Assembly: GCA_038087875.1 (NCBI GenBank)
Contig: JAXLNO010000043.1
Coordinates: forward strand, 186,001-233,168
Length of the DNA stretch: 47,168 nt
Source: Malacoraja senta
Lineage: Eukaryota
Direction of reading: 5' to 3'
The notes under the pieces were generated by a model. The model was not told the origin of the DNA. It ran no database searches and saw nothing but the letters and a program-made list of their open reading frames with translations. Each line of letters begins with the position of its first letter. The stretch's first letter is position 1. The position numbers and the translations under genes are program-made. This document shows positions 23,661 to 41,049 of the stretch, piece after piece.

Positions 23661-26487
23661 GAATTCCACAAATTCACACCTCTCTGGGTGGAAACGTTTT
23701 TTCTCACCTCAGTATTAAATGGCCTCCCCTTTATTCTAAGACGGTGGCCCCTGGTTCTGGACTCACCCAACATTGGGAACATTTTTCCTGCATCTAGCTT
23801 GTCCAGTCCTTTTATAATTTTATATGTTTCTATAAGATACCCCCTCATCCTTCTAAACTCGAGTGAATACAAGCCTAGTCTTTTCAATCTATCCTCATAT
23901 GACAGTCCCGCCATCCCAGGGATCAATCTCCTGAACCTACGCTGCACTGCCTCAATCACAAGGATGTCCTTCCTCAAATTAGGAGACCAAAACTGTACAC
24001 AATACTCCAGATGTGGTCTCACCAGAGCCCTATACAACTGCAGAAGAACCTCTTTACTCCTGAATCCCCTTGTTATGAAGGCCAACATTCCATTAGCTTT
24101 CTTCACTGCCTGCTGTACCTGTAAGCCAACTTTCAGTGACCGGTGTACAAGGACGACCAGGTCTCGCTGTACCTCCCCCTTACCTAACCTAACCCCATTG
24201 AGATAATAATCTGCCGCCTTGTTTTTGCCGCCAAAGTGGATAACCTCACATTTATCTATATTATACTGCATCTGCCACGCATCTGCCCACTCACTCAATC
24301 TGTCCAGGTAACCCTGCAACCTCCTAACATCCTCTTCACAGTTCACACTGCCACCCAGCTTTGTGTCATCCGCAAACGTGCTAGTGTTGCTCCTAATTCC
24401 CTCTTCCAAATCATTAATATATATGGTAACCAGTTGCGGCCCCAACACCGAGCCTTGCGGCACTCCACTCGCCACTGCCTGCCATTCTGAAAAGGACACG
24501 TTCACTCTTACTCTTTGCTTCCTGTCTGCGAACCAATTTTCTATCCATGTCAACACCCTACCCCCAATACCATGTGCTCTAATTTTAGTCAACAGTCTCC
24601 AGTGTGGGGCCTTATCAAAGGCTTTCTGAAAGTCTAGATACACTACATCCACTGGCTCCACTTCATCCATTTTACTTGTCATCCTCAAAAAATTCCAGAA
24701 GTTTAGTCAAACATGATTTCCCTTTCATAAATCCATGTTGACTTGGACTAATCCTTTTACTGCTATCCAAATGCCCCATTATTACCTCTTTAATAATTGA
24801 CTCCAGCATCTTCCCCACCACCAAAGTCAGGCGAACTGTCTGTAATTCCCCGTTTTCTCTCTCGCTCCTTTCTTGAAAAGTGGGATAACATTAGCTATCG
24901 TCCAATCCACAGGAACTGATCCTGAATCTATTGAACATTGGTAAATGATCACCAATGCGTCCACTATTTCTACAGCCACCTCCCTGAGGACCCTGGGATG
25001 CAGACCATCAGGCCCAGCGGATTTATTATCCTTCAGTCCCATTAGCCTACCCAATACTATTTCTCACCTAATGAAAATTTATTTCAGTTCCTCTACCCCC
25101 TTAGATCCTCTGTCCTCCAGAACAGGTGGGAGATTGTTTGTGTCTTCTTTAGTGAAGACAGATCCGAAGTACCTATTCAACTCTTCTGCCATTTCCTTGT
25201 TGCCCATAATAATTTCACCCATGTCTGCCTTCAAGGGACCTACATTTGACTTTGCTACTCTTTTTCCCTTAACATATCTAAAGAAGCGTTTACTGTCCTT
25301 CTTTTTATTCCTGGCGAGCTTCCCCTCGTACTTCATCTTTTCAGCCCGTATTGCCCGTTTTGTTTCCTTCTGTTGTCCTATGAAAGGTTCCCAATCCTCT
25401 AGCTTGCGGCTACTCTTTGCTGTGTTATACATCTTTTCTTTTAGTTTTATTCTATCCCGGACTCCTCTTGTCAGCCACGGTTGCCTCCTACTCCCCTTAG
25501 AATCTTCCTTCCTTTTTGGAATGAAATGATCCTGCGTCTTCAGGATTATGCCCAGAAATTCCTGCCATTGCTGTTCCACCATCATTCCTGCTAGGATCCC
25601 TTTCCAGTCTACCTTGGCCAGCTCCCCTCTCATGCCTTCATGGTCCCCTTTGTTCAACTGCATCACTGAAACTTCCGATTTAACGTTCTCCTTCTCAAAT
25701 TGCAGATTAAAACTAATCATATTATGATCACTACCTCGATCCTTTACCTCGAGTTCTCTTATCATATCTGGTTCATTGGACAACACTAAATCCAGAATTG
25801 CCTTTTCTCTGGTCGGCTCCATTACAAGCTGCTCTAAGAATCCATCTCGGAGGCATTCTACAAACTCTCTTTCTTGGGGTCCTAAACCAACCTGATTTTC
25901 CCAGTCTACCTGCATATTGAAATCCCCCATCACCCCAGTGGCATTACCTTTGTTACATGCCAGTTTTAACTCCTGCTGCAACTTACACCCTACATCCCGG
26001 CTACTATTTGGGGGTCTGTAAATAACACCAATTAGTGTCTTCTTGCCTTTACAATTCCTCAACTCAATCCACAGTGACTCTACCTCTTCAGTCCCTATAT
26101 CTTCCCTCGCAAGGGACTGAATTCCCTCCATCACCAGCAGAGCTACCCCCCCCCCTCCTCTGCCCGCCTGCCTGTCCATTCTATAGGATGTATAATCCTG
26201 AATATTAAGTTCCCAGGTCCGATCCTCCTGCAGCCACGTCTCAGTAATCCCACAATGTCATATACCAACCTCTAACTGAGCCTCAAGCTCATCTACTTTA
26301 CTTCTTATACTTCGCGCATTCATATACAATAATTTTAATTCCTTACGCATCTCACCTTTCACATCGATCCCTATTGCACTTGGCCATACTCTCCTATTCC
26401 TTTGTGAGCTTCCTTTCCCGTTAATTCTGGGGTCATTAACCCTCGCTTTACTCTCCTTCCCTTCAACTCCATCCTCGACTATCCCAA
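23661..26487 (-). mobile_element. CR1 ORF2 (APE + RT), near complete, lacking the 3' end (CR1b)
   Basis: LLYMNARSIRSK, ITETWL, IYRPPN, MGDFN, SDHN, GPDGLHPRVL, YLDFQKAFD, GVPQGSVLGP, FADD, LVRPHLEYC. Confidence 0.95.
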
Positions 26488-26786
26488 TGGCCATGAGGGG
26501 GGGGGTTCAAGAGGATGGGGTCAGTTGCAGACGGGAAAAGGATCATCAATGGGGGTGAGGACTCCTTCCCATCGATGAACGGTGTGAGGCGGAGGCGACG
26601 GAAGAAGAGTTCCAAATCACGGTGGGCGCAGAACTCATTGAGGTGGGAACGGAGGGGGACAAAGGTGAGGCTTCTGCTGAGGACAGACCGTTCGGTACCT
26701 GAGAGGGGGAGGTCAGGGGGGGGTGGTGAACACACGGCAGGGATGGGGGTTGGGGCCGGAGGAAGGCAGGTGAGTGGACTGAGGCG
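26488..26786 (-). mobile_element. Penelope-like element ORF N-terminal fragment; copies at ~35211-35505 and ~43949-44242
   Basis: CRVFTIPPDLPLS(G/D)TERSVLSR(S/G)LTFVP...DLELFFRRLRL matches the LS-x-x-E-x-x-x-L-x-x-GL-x-F-x-P motif upstream of the Penelope RT. Confidence 0.7.
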
Positions 26787-27541
26787 ATGGTGGCCGATTA
26801 GGAAAAGGGGAGATGCAACGAGACCTGGGTGTCATGGTACACCAGTCATTGAAAGTAGGCATGCAGGTGCAGCAGGCAGTGAAGAAAGCGAATGGTATGT
26901 TAGCATTCATAGCAAAAGGATTTGAGTGTAGGAGCAGGGAGGTTCTACTGCCTGTATAGGTTGTACAGGGTCTTGGTGAGACCACACCTGGAGTATTGCG
27001 TACAGTTTTGGTCTCCAAATCTCAGGAAAGACATTCTTGCCATAGAGGGAGTACAGAGAAGGTTCACCAGACTGATTCCTGGGATGTCAGGACTTTCATA
27101 TGAAGAAAGACTGGATAGACTCGGCTTGTACTCGCTAGAATTTAGAAGATTGAGGGGGAATCTTATAGAAACTTACAAAATTCTTAAGGGGTTGGACAGG
27201 CTAGATGCAGGAAGATTGTTCCCGATGTTGGGGAAGTCCAGAACAAGGGGTCACAGTTTAAGGATAAGGGGGAAATCTTTTAGGACCGAGATGAGAAAAA
27301 TATTTTTCACACAGAGGGTGGTGAATCTGTGGAATTCTCTGCAACAAAACGTACTTGAGGCCAGTTCATTGGCTATATTTAAGAGTGAGTTAGATGTGGC
27401 CCTTGTGGTTAAAGGGATCAGGGGGTATGGAGAGAAAGCAGGTACAGGATACTGAGTTGGATGATCAGCCAACATCATCTTGCTCGAAGGGCCGAATGGC
27501 CTACTCCTGCACCTATTTTCTATGTTTCTATGTTTCTATGT
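26787..27541 (+). mobile_element. CR1 3' fragment (CR1c); copies at ~35505-36272 and ~44242-44994
   Basis: GGRLGKGEMQRDLGV to GYGEKAGTGY*, followed by an (TTTCTATG)3 tail. Confidence 0.94.
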
Positions 27542-29277
27542 TACATACCAGTTTATAGGTTGAGTACAAAGATACAAACTTATTTATTAAGAATTCCAAG
27601 ATGCTAAAGTAGAAATAAGTAACTTGTTTAGTATCTTGTTTACTGGATAAATTATTTAATTAAGTGCTGCTAAATGACTAACAATCACGTGAGTTTAAGT
27701 AAAATAAGCTGATGTCTGATTACGTAAAATAGTTTTATTTTATTATTTATTTTATATTTATTCGAAGGAAATGCACAAAAATAGAACCAACGGCATATAA
27801 AATAACACAGTTATTGTACAGGTTCAATTTTAACGTTTTAGCTTTAGTTGGAAGAAAAGAAAGGAGAAAAAGCAGGAAAGAGAAAAAGGGAAATATACAA
27901 AGATAGAACCCCTAGACTACCAAAGTGTAGCCAAAGAGTGTATAAAAGAAAGAAAGAAGAGAGGAATAGAAAAAAATAAAAGGACAAAAAGAAAAAGAGA
28001 AAGAAAAGTGTTGGTATACCTGCCTTTCGTCCCTCCCCACCCACCTCACCCAACCCGTAATTAGATTTAAATCCAAAGTTGTGTTGAGCCATACTATCCT
28101 TGTAATAAATCAATGAATGGTGTCCATGTCTTGGAAAAATGATCTGGTTTTTCTGCCAAGACAAGTCAAAGAGTAGGAGTAAACGGGTCCTTTACAGAAT
28201 GGCAGGTGGTGACTAGTGGGGTACCGCAAGGCTCAGTGCTGGGACCCCAGCTATTTACAATATATATTAATGATTTGGACGAGGGAATTGAATGCAACAT
28301 CTCCAAGTTTGCGGATGACACGAAGCTGGGGGGCAGTGTTAGCTGTGAGGAGGATGCTAGGAGGCTGCAAGGTGACTTGGATAGGTTGGGTGAGTGCGCA
28401 AATGCATGGCAGATGCAGTATAATGTGGATAAATGTGAGGTTATCCACTTTGGTGGCAAGAACAGGAAAGTAGACTATTATCTGAATGGTGGCCGATTAG
28501 GAAAAGGGGAGATGCAACGAGACCTGGGGGTCATGGTACACTAGTCATTCAAAGTAGGCATGCAGGTGCAGCAGGCAGTAAAGAAAGCGAATGGTATGTT
28601 GGCATTCATAACAAAAGGATTTGAGTATAGGAACAGGGAGGTTCTACTGCAGTTGTACAGGGCCTTGGTGAGACCACACCTGGAGCATTGTCAGGGCTGC
28701 CAAATCTCACGCTTTCAGCGTGAGAATCACGCCCTGGAGCAAATTCTCACGCCCTCACGCTCCAGACCGAGTTCTCACGCTGAGTTCAGTCCCTGCGCAG
28801 TTTGTCCTTTTGCGCCGCGTGCCAGGGATATGGGGAAGCGCGTCAGTTGTCGGCTGTGAGTGACGTCGCATCTCTTGTCTCTTGGTTGGATGTGCAGCCG
28901 CCGGGTGTCAGCGCCTCTATGTGCCGGCTGTGAGCGCTGCGCTGCCGGCCGCCGCTGCAGCCTCGCTCCCTCCCTCCCTCCCTCCCTCCCTCCCTCCCTC
29001 CTGCCCTTCAACTCACACAGCAGCGGCAGCGCCGCCAATCCACGCTACAACGTGCCCGCCAGACTCTCCATTGGGCAGCCGGGGAGAGAGAGGAAGGGGG
29101 GAAAGAGAGAGAGAGAGAGGGAAAGAAAAAAAGGGAGAGATGGAGGCAAAGAGAGACAAGGGGAGGGAATGTAGAAAGGGGATGAAGGAAGGAGAGGAGA
29201 AAGGGGAGAAAGAGGGAGGGTGAGGAAAGAAGGAAGGATGGGGGCAGGAGGGAGGATGGAGGGAGGGGGAAGAAAAG

Positions 29278-29690
<413 letters not shown>

Positions 29691-29981
29691 CATCCTGGCT
29701 CCTGGCCTTAGACAGGGCTGCAACTCTCACGCTGATGACAGAATCCTTACGCTGTCTTCAGTCCCTGCACAGTTTGTCTCTTTTGCGCCACATCACAGCG
29801 ATCTGTGCAGTCTGGGGAACGCGTCAGTTGGCGGCTGTGAGTGACGTCGCATCTCTTCTCTTCTCTTCTTTCTTGGTTGGATGTGCAGCCGCTGACTAAA
29901 TGAAGCAGCCGGAGATAGAACTAACCAGGTGAATTGGTTGTAAAACATGGAGGGGACCACAATGAGGCCAAACATCTAGGA

Positions 29982-30030
29982 CAGTGTTCGGCAACCTATG
30001 GCACACGGGCCAAATCCGGCCCGTAACCCG
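29982..30030 (+). mobile_element. hAT-Charlie-like terminal sequence; copy at ~38797
   Basis: CAGTGTTCGGCAACCTATGGCACACGGGCCAAATCCGGCCCG resembles MER58-type Charlie ends and is preceded by ATCTAGGA, close to the NTCTAGAN target consensus. No partner end found. Confidence 0.6.
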
Positions 30031-30635
30031 AAAAACCGCGTTTTTTTTTCCAATTCGTTTTCACGGGGTCGGGGCAGGCGAGCCGACCTGAGAACTGCAG
30101 CCAGTCCCTGGGACGCGAGCTGATCTGGGAACGGCAGCCAGTCCCTGGGCACGCAGAATGCTAACTTGATCATTAGGGACAAATTGGGCCAGCCATGTAC
30201 ATGTTGTATAACTCTGACTATGCAGATCTGAATGGGCTTAGAATGACCATTTAAGCAAAATTGCCCTCACTTTCCCCATTTTGATTCTTGAGATTAATAT
30301 CCCTTTGCTCTGTTAACAGCGTTAAAGTACTTATGAGGTAGAGTCAGGAAAAGGGAACATGTTATTTTCTTTTAGTTTGCTTTAATTTGTTAGTTGATAT
30401 TTTGTTGACTGCCATAATTTCCGAAATAGTCTTAATGTAACTTAACTGTTATAAAGCAGTAATAAGTGATTTTTGCCCAAACCATTGGAACTTGCATAAA
30501 ATGTTTGCATTATTAGCAGGGTTGCCAACTCTCACGCATTGAGCGTGAGACTCACGCATTTCACAAAACTCTGATGCTCTCACGCTGATCACAAAATAAT
30601 ATAATGAGAATAGGACCTGTTTTGCTTAACAAATA

Positions 30636-30768
30636 GTGTAGGAAGGAATTGCAGATGCTGGTTTAAACTGAAGATAGACACTGAAAACTAGAAAAACTCA
30701 GCAGGACAGGCAGCGTCTCTGGAGAGAAAGAATGGGTGATGTTTCGAGTCGAGACCTTCAGCCTGAAG
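30636..30768 (-). mobile_element. Second Penelope-type short repeat with degenerate hammerhead core; copies at ~39451-39585 (-) and ~21853-21987 (+)
   Basis: TGTAGGAAGGAATTGCAGATGCTGG...CTCAGCAGGACAGGCAGC...GATGTTTCGAGTCGAGACCTTCAG; related to 22449-22584, but the CUGANGA core is partly deleted. Confidence 0.7.
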
Positions 30769-32378
30769 GAAAACCAGCCATAAAACACAATGACTGGACA
30801 TGTGTGTTATCCAACTAAGGGCAGAAATCAGAATCATGTTTATTCACGTGACACCATAATAAATATTATACAGAAAAAATAATTGAATGGGGTGGCACGG
30901 TGGCGCAGTGGTAGAGATGCTGCCTTACTACCACATGGGTTTTCTCTGGATATTCCGGTTTCTCCCATATCCAAAAGAAGTGCAGGTTTGTAGGTTAATT
31001 GGCTTCTGTAAATTGGTCCCTGGCGTGATGGATGGAATTGGTGTATGATAGATTGCTGGTCGGTGTGGACTTTGTGGGCGGAAGGGCCTGTTTCCATATA
31101 TATTTTTACATATATATCTTAATTTCATTGAACCATATATGATTTAAAATGTGGCATAATTTTTGTCTTGTTTCTATATTCAAAGGGTAAGGTTGAAACC
31201 ATCTGAAGAAGGGTTTCGGCCCGAAACGTTGCCTATTTCCTTCGTTCCATAGATGCTGCCGCCACCCACTGAGTTTCTCCAGCAATTTTGTCTACCTTCG
31301 ATTGTCCAGCATCTGCAGTTCCTTCTTGAACTGCAGATGCTGGAGAATCTGGAATGTGGAATGTAATTAGGAATGTAATTTAGCCTAACCTTATTCATAC
31401 CTAATCCAATTTAAAGCATAAATGTTGCATTCAAATGCAAGTTAAAATACTCGCTACAGTATGCACCAGATTGCACAATTTCAATCTGAAAAATGCAAAT
31501 GCTCCCTACCCGCACCCCTCCCCCCCCCGGTCGCTACGCTCCCTCGCAATTTCTCACTCTCAACTCTCACCCAATGTTGGCAGCCCTGGTATTGTGTACA
31601 GTTTTGGTCTCCTAATCTGAGGAAAGACATTTTTGCCATAGAGGGAGTAAAGAGAGGGTTCACCAGACTAATTCCTGGGATGGCAGGACTTTCATATGAA
31701 GAACGATTGGATAGACTCGGCTTGTACTCGCTAGAATTTAGAAGATTGAGGGGGGATCTTATAGAAACTTACAAAATTCTAAAGGGGTTGGACAGGCTAG
31801 ATGCAGGAAGATTGTTCCCGATGTTGGGGGAAGTCCAGAACAAGGGGTCACAGTTTAAGGATAACGGGGAAGTCTTTTAGGACCAAGATGAGAAAAACAT
31901 TTTTCTCACAGAGAGTGGTGAATCTGAGGAATTCTCTGCCACAGAAGGTAGTTGAGGCCAGGTCATTGGCTGTATTTAAGAGGGAGTTAGATGTGGCCCT
32001 TGTGGCGAAAGGGATCGGGGGGTATGGAGAGAAGGCAGGTACAGGATACCGAGTTGGATTATCAGCCATGATCATATTGAATGGCGGTGCAGGCTCGAAG
32101 GGCCGAATGGCCTACTCCTGCACATATTTTCTATGTTTCTATGTTTCTAAATATTTTCAAGATGTAGCGTCTCGGACATGTTTACAATGATTACGTAAAA
32201 TAGTTGATATCTGCTGCTATGTATGCTTCCATATAACTTTATATAACTTATATAACTCAATATAAGCAAGACGGCTCTTAGGGAGCGGCAGTGAGGCAGT
32301 GGCCTTGTGAGGGAAGTGTCCTGTGAGAAAAGTGAGAGTCTTTGGCTCGTGAGTCTTCGGCGAGGAGGCTGAGGAGAG

Positions 32379-35210
32379 GAATTCCACTAATCCACAACTC
32401 TCTGGGTGGAAACGTTTTTTCTCACCTCAGTATTAAATGGCCTCCCCTTTATTCTAAGACTGTGGCCCCTGGTTCTAGACTCACCCAACATTGGGAACAT
32501 TTTTCCTGCATCTAGCTTGTCCAGTCCTTTTATAATTTTATATGTTTCTATAAGATACCCCCTCATCCTTCTAAACTCGAGTGAATACAAGCCTAGTCTT
32601 TTCAATCTATCCTCATATGACAGTCCCGCCATTCCAGGGATCAATCTCCTGAACCTACGCTGCACTGCCTCAATCACAAGGATGTCCTTCCTCAAATTAG
32701 GAGACCAAAACTGTACACAATACTCCAGATGTGGTCTCACCAGAGCCCTATACAAGTGCAGAATAACCTCTTTACTCCTGAATCCCCTTGTTATGAAGGC
32801 CAACATTCCATTAGCTTTCTTCACTGCCTGCTGTACCTGTAAGCCAACTTTCAGTGACCGGTGTACAAGGACGCCCAGGTCTCGCTGTACCTCCCCCTTA
32901 CCTAACCTAACCCCATTGAGATAATAATCTGCCGCCTTGTTTTTGCCGCCAAAGTGGATAACCTCACATTTATCTATATTATACTGCATCTGCCACGCAT
33001 CTGCCCACTCACTCAATCTGTCCAGGTAACCCTGCAACCTCCTAACATCCTCTTCACAGTTCACACTGCCACCCAGCTTTGTGGCATCCGCAAACGTGCT
33101 AGTGTTGCTCCTAATTCCCTCTTCCAAATCATTAATATATATGGTAACCAGTTGCGGCCCCCAACACCGAGCCTTGCGGCACTCCACTCGCCACTGCCTG
33201 CCATTCTGAAAAGGACACGTTCACTCTTACTCTTTGCTTCCTGTCTGCGAACCAATTTTCTATCCATGTCAACACCCTACCCCAATACCATGTGCTCTAA
33301 TTTTAGTCACCAGTCTCCAGTGTGGGGCCTTATCAAAGGCTTTCTGAAAGTCTAGATACACTACATCCACTGGCTCCACTTCATCCATTTTACTTGTCAT
33401 CCTCAAAAAATTCCAGAAGTTTAGTCAAACATGATTTCCCTTTCATAAATCCATGTTGACTTGGACTAATCCTTTTACTGCTATCCAAATGCCCCATTAT
33501 TACCTCTTTAATAATTGACTCCAGCATCTTCCCCACCACCAAAGTCAGGCGAACTGTCTGTAATTCCCCGTTTTCTCTCTCGCTCCTTTCTTGAAAAGTG
33601 GGATAACATTAGCTATCGTCCAATCCACAGGAAGTGATCCTGAATCTATTGAACATTGGAAAATGATCACCAATGCGTCCACTATTTCTACAGCCACCTC
33701 CCTGAGGACCCTGGGATGCAGACCATCAGGGCCCAGCGGATTTATTATCCTTCAGTCCCATTAGCCTACCCAATACTATTTCTCACCTATTGAAAATTTA
33801 TTTCAGTTCCTCTACCCCCTTAGATCCTCTGTCCTCCAGAACAGGTGGGAGATTGTTTGTGTCTTCTTTAGTGAAGACAGATCGGAAGTACCTATTCAAC
33901 TCTTCTGCCATTTCCTTGTTGCCCATAATAATTTCACCCATGTCTGCCTTCAAGGGACCTACATTTGACTTTGCTACTCTTTTCCCTTAACATATCTAAA
34001 GAAGCTTTTACTGTCCTTCTTTATATTCCTGGCCAGCTTCCCCTCGTACTTCATCTTTTCAGCCCGTATTGCCCGTTTTGTTTCCTTCTGTTGTCCTATG
34101 AAAGGTTCCCAATCCTCTAGCTTGCGGCTACTCTTTGCTGTGTTATACATCTTTTCTTTTAGTTTTATTCTATCCCGAACTCCTCTTGTCAGCCACGGTT
34201 GCCTCCTACTCCCTTAGAATCTTCCTTCCTTTTTGGAATGAAATGATCCTGCGTCTTCAGGATTATGCCCAGAAATTCCTGCCATTGCTGTTCCACCATC
34301 ATTCCTGCTAGGATCCCTTTCCAGTCTACCTTGGCCAGCTCCCCCCTCATGCCTTCATGGTCCCCTTTGTTCAACTGCATCACTGAAACTTCCGATTTAA
34401 CGTTCTCCTTCTCAAATTGCAGATTAAAACTAATCATATTATGATCACTACCTCGATTCTTTACCTCGAGTTCTCTTATCATATCTGGTTCATTGGACAA
34501 CACTATATCCAGAATTGCCTTTTCTCTGGTCGGCTCCATTACAAGCTGCTCTAAGAATCCATCTCGGAGGCATTCTACAAACTCTCTTTCTTGGGGTCCT
34601 AAACCAACCTGATTTTCCCAGTCTACCTGCATATTGAAATCCCCCATCACCCCAGTGGCATTACCTTTGTTACATGCCAGTTTTAACTCCTGCTGCAACT
34701 TACACCCTACATCCCGGCTACTATTTGGGGGTCTGTAAATAACACCAATTAGTGTCTTCTTGCCTTTACAATTCCTCAACTCAATCCACAGTGACTCTAC
34801 CTCGTCTGTCCCTATATCTTCCCTCGCAAGGGACTGAATTCCCTCCATCACCAGCAGAGCTACCCCCCCCCCTCCTCTTCCCGCCTGCCTGTCCTTTCTA
34901 TAGGATGTATAATCCTGAATATTAAGTTCCCAGGTCCGATCCTCCTGCAGCCACGTCTCAGTAATCCCCACAATCTCATATCTACCAACCTCTAACTGAG
35001 CCTCAAGCTCATCTACTTTACTTCTTATACTTCGCGCATTCATATACAATAATTTTAATTCCTTACGCATCTCACCTTTCACATCGATCCCTATTGCACT
35101 TGGCCATACTCTCCTATTCCTTTGTGAGCTTCATTTCCGTTAATTCTGGGGTCATTCACCCTCGCTTTACTCTCCTTCCCTTCAACTCCATCCTCGACTA
35201 TCCCAATGGC
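32379..35210 (-). mobile_element. CR1b, second copy
   Basis: ORFs 32387-33187 and 34189-35082; colinear with 23661-26487. Confidence 0.95.
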
Positions 35211-37422
35211 CATGAGGGGGGGGGGTTCAAGAGGATGGGGTCAGTTGGAGACGGGAAAAGGATCATCAATGGGGGCGAGGACTCCTTCCCATGGATGAAC
35301 GGTGTGAGGCGGAGGCGACGGAAGAAGAGTTCCAAATCACGGTGGGCGCAGAACTCATTGAGGTGGGAACGGAGGTGGACAAAGGTGAGGCTTCTGCTGA
35401 GGACAGACCGTTCGGTACCTGAGAGGGGAGGTCAGGGGGGATGGTGAACACACGGCAGGGATGGGGGTTGGGGCCGGAGGAAGGCAGGTGAGTGGACTGA
35501 GGCGATGGTGGCCAATTAGGAAAAGGGGAGATGCAACGAGACCTGGGTGTCATGGTACACCAGTCATTGAAAGTAGGCATGCAGGTGCAGCAGGCAGTGA
35601 AGAAAGCGAATGGTATGTTAGCATTCATAGCAAAAGGATTTGAGTGTAGGAGCAGGGAGGTTCTACTGCCTGTATAGGTTGTACAGGGTCTTGGTGAGAC
35701 CACACCTGGAGTATTGCGTACAGTTTTGGTCTCCAAATCTGAGGAAAGACATTCTTGCCATAGAGGGAGTACAGAGAAGGTTCACCAGACTGATTCCTGG
35801 GATGTCAGGACTTTCATATGAAGAAAGACTGGATAGACGCGGCTTGTACTCGCTAGAATTTAGAAGATTGAGGGGGAATCTTATGGAAACTTACAAAATT
35901 CTTAAGGGGTTGGACAGGCTAGATGCAGGAAGATTGTTCCCGATGTTGGGGAAGTCCAGAACAAGGGGTCACAGTTTAAGGATAAGGGGGAAATCTTTTA
36001 GGACCGAGATGAGAAAAATATTTTTCACACAGAGGGTGGTGAATCTGTGGAATTCTCTGCCACAGAACGTACTTGAGGCCAGTTCATTGGCTATATTTAA
36101 GAGTGAGTTAGATGTGGCCCTTGTGGTTAAAGGGATCAGGGGGTATGGAGAGAAAGCAGGTACAGGATACTGAGTTGGATGATCAGCCATCATCATATTG
36201 AATGGTGGTTCTTGCTCGAAGGGCCGAATGGCCTACTCCTGCACCTATTTTCTATGTTTCTATGTTTCTATGTTACATACCAGTTTATAGGTTGAGTACA
36301 AAGATACAAACTTAGTTATTAAGAATTCCAAGATGCTAAAGTAGAAATAAGTAACTAGTTTAGTATCTTGTTTACTGGATAAATGATTTAATTAAGTGCT
36401 GCTAAATGACTAACAATCACGTGAGTTTAAGTAAAATAAGCTGATGTCTGATTACGTAAAATAGTTTTATTTTATTATTTATTTTATATTTATTCGAAGG
36501 AAATGCACAAAAATAGAACCAACGGCATACAAAATAACACAGTTATTGTACAGGTTCAATTTTAACGTTTTAGCTTTAGTTGGAAGAAAAGAAAGGAGAA
36601 AAAGCAGAAAGAGAAAAAGTGAAATGTACAAAGATAGAACCCCTAGACTACCAAAGTGTAGCCAAAGAGTGTATAAAAGAAAGAAAGAAGAGAGGAATAG
36701 AAAAAAATAAAAGGACAAAAAGAAAAGAGAAAGAAAAGTGTTGGTATACCTGCCTTTCGTCCCTCCCCACCCACCTCACCCAACCCGTAATTAGATTTAA
36801 ATCCAAAGTTGTGTTGAGCCATACTATCCTTGTAATAAATCAATGAATGGTGTCCATGTCTTGGAAAAATGATCTGTTTTTTCTGCCAAGACAAGTCAAA
36901 GAGTAGGAGTAAACGGGTCCTTTACAGAATGGCAGGTGGTGACTAGTGGGGTACCGCAAGGCTCAGTGCTGGGACCCCAGCTATTTACAATATATATTAA
37001 TGATTTGGACGAGGGAATTGAATGCAACATCTCCAAGTTTGCGGATGACACGAAGCTGGGGGGCAGTGTTAGCTGTGAGGAGGATGCTAGGAGGCTGCAA
37101 GGTGACTTGGATAGGTTGGGTGAGTGGGCAAATGCATGGCAGATGCAGTATAATGTGGATAAATGTGAGGTTATCCACTTTGGTGGCAAGAACAGGAAAG
37201 TAGACTATTATCTGAATGGTGGCCGATTAGGAAAAGGGGAGATGCAACGAGACCTGGGGGTCATGGTACACTAGTCATTCAAAGTAGGCATGCAGGTGCA
37301 GCAGGCAGTGAAGAAAGCGAATGGTATGTTGGCATTCATAACAAAAGGATTTGAGTATAGGAACAGGGGAGGTTCTACTGCAGTTGTACAGGGCCTTGGT
37401 GAGACCACACCTGGGGCATTGT

Positions 37423-40405
<2,983 letters not shown>

Positions 40406-40965
40406 GTATTGTGTACAGTTTTGGTCTCGGTCTCCTAATCTGAGGAAAGACATTCTTGCCATAGAGGGAGTACTGAGAAGGTTAACCAGACTGATTCCTG
40501 GGATGGCAGGACTTTCATATGAAGAAAGACTGGATAGACTCGGCTTGTACTCGCTAGAATTTAGAAGATTGAGGGGGGATCTTATAGAAACTAACAAAAT
40601 GCTTAAGGGGTTGGAGAGGCTAGATGCAGGAAGATTGTTCCCGATGTTGGGGAAGTCCAGAACAAGGGGTCACAGTTTAAGGATAACGGGGAAGTCTGTT
40701 AGGACCGAGATGAGAAAAACATTTTTCACACAGAGAGTGGTGAATCTGAGGAATTCTCTGCCACAGAAGGTAGTTGAGGCCAGTTCATTGGCTATATTTA
40801 AGAGGGAGTTAGATGTGGCCCTTGTGGCAAAAGGGATCAGGGGGTATGGAGAGAAGGCAGGTACAGGATACTGAGTTGGATGATCAACCATGATCATATT
40901 GAATGGCGGTGCAGGCTCAAAGGGCCGAATGGCCTACTCCTGCACCTATTTTCTAAGTTTCTGTG

Positions 40966-41049
40966 TCTATTCTTACACCAATGTAAAGCACTTTGGCCAA
41001 CGAGAGTTGTTTTTTAAATGTGCTATAGAAATAAATATCTTGACTTGAC
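40966..41049 (+). mobile_element. L2 LINE 3' tail fragment
   Basis: TGTAAAGCACTTTGG...TTTAAATGTGCTATAGAAATAAA plus CTTGACTTGAC; homologous to 46300-46365. Confidence 0.75.

Noticed and set aside
23688..25529. Plus-strand ORFs of 172 and 194 aa (similar at 32406-32924 and 41867-42574)
   Set aside because: Antisense shadows of CR1 ORF2.
23661..27541. Twin-priming inversion of a single CR1
   Set aside because: The inverted and forward parts overlap in ORF2 coordinates, differ in subfamily residues (GVRLGKGEVQ vs GGRLGKGEMQ) and are separated by a Penelope fragment.
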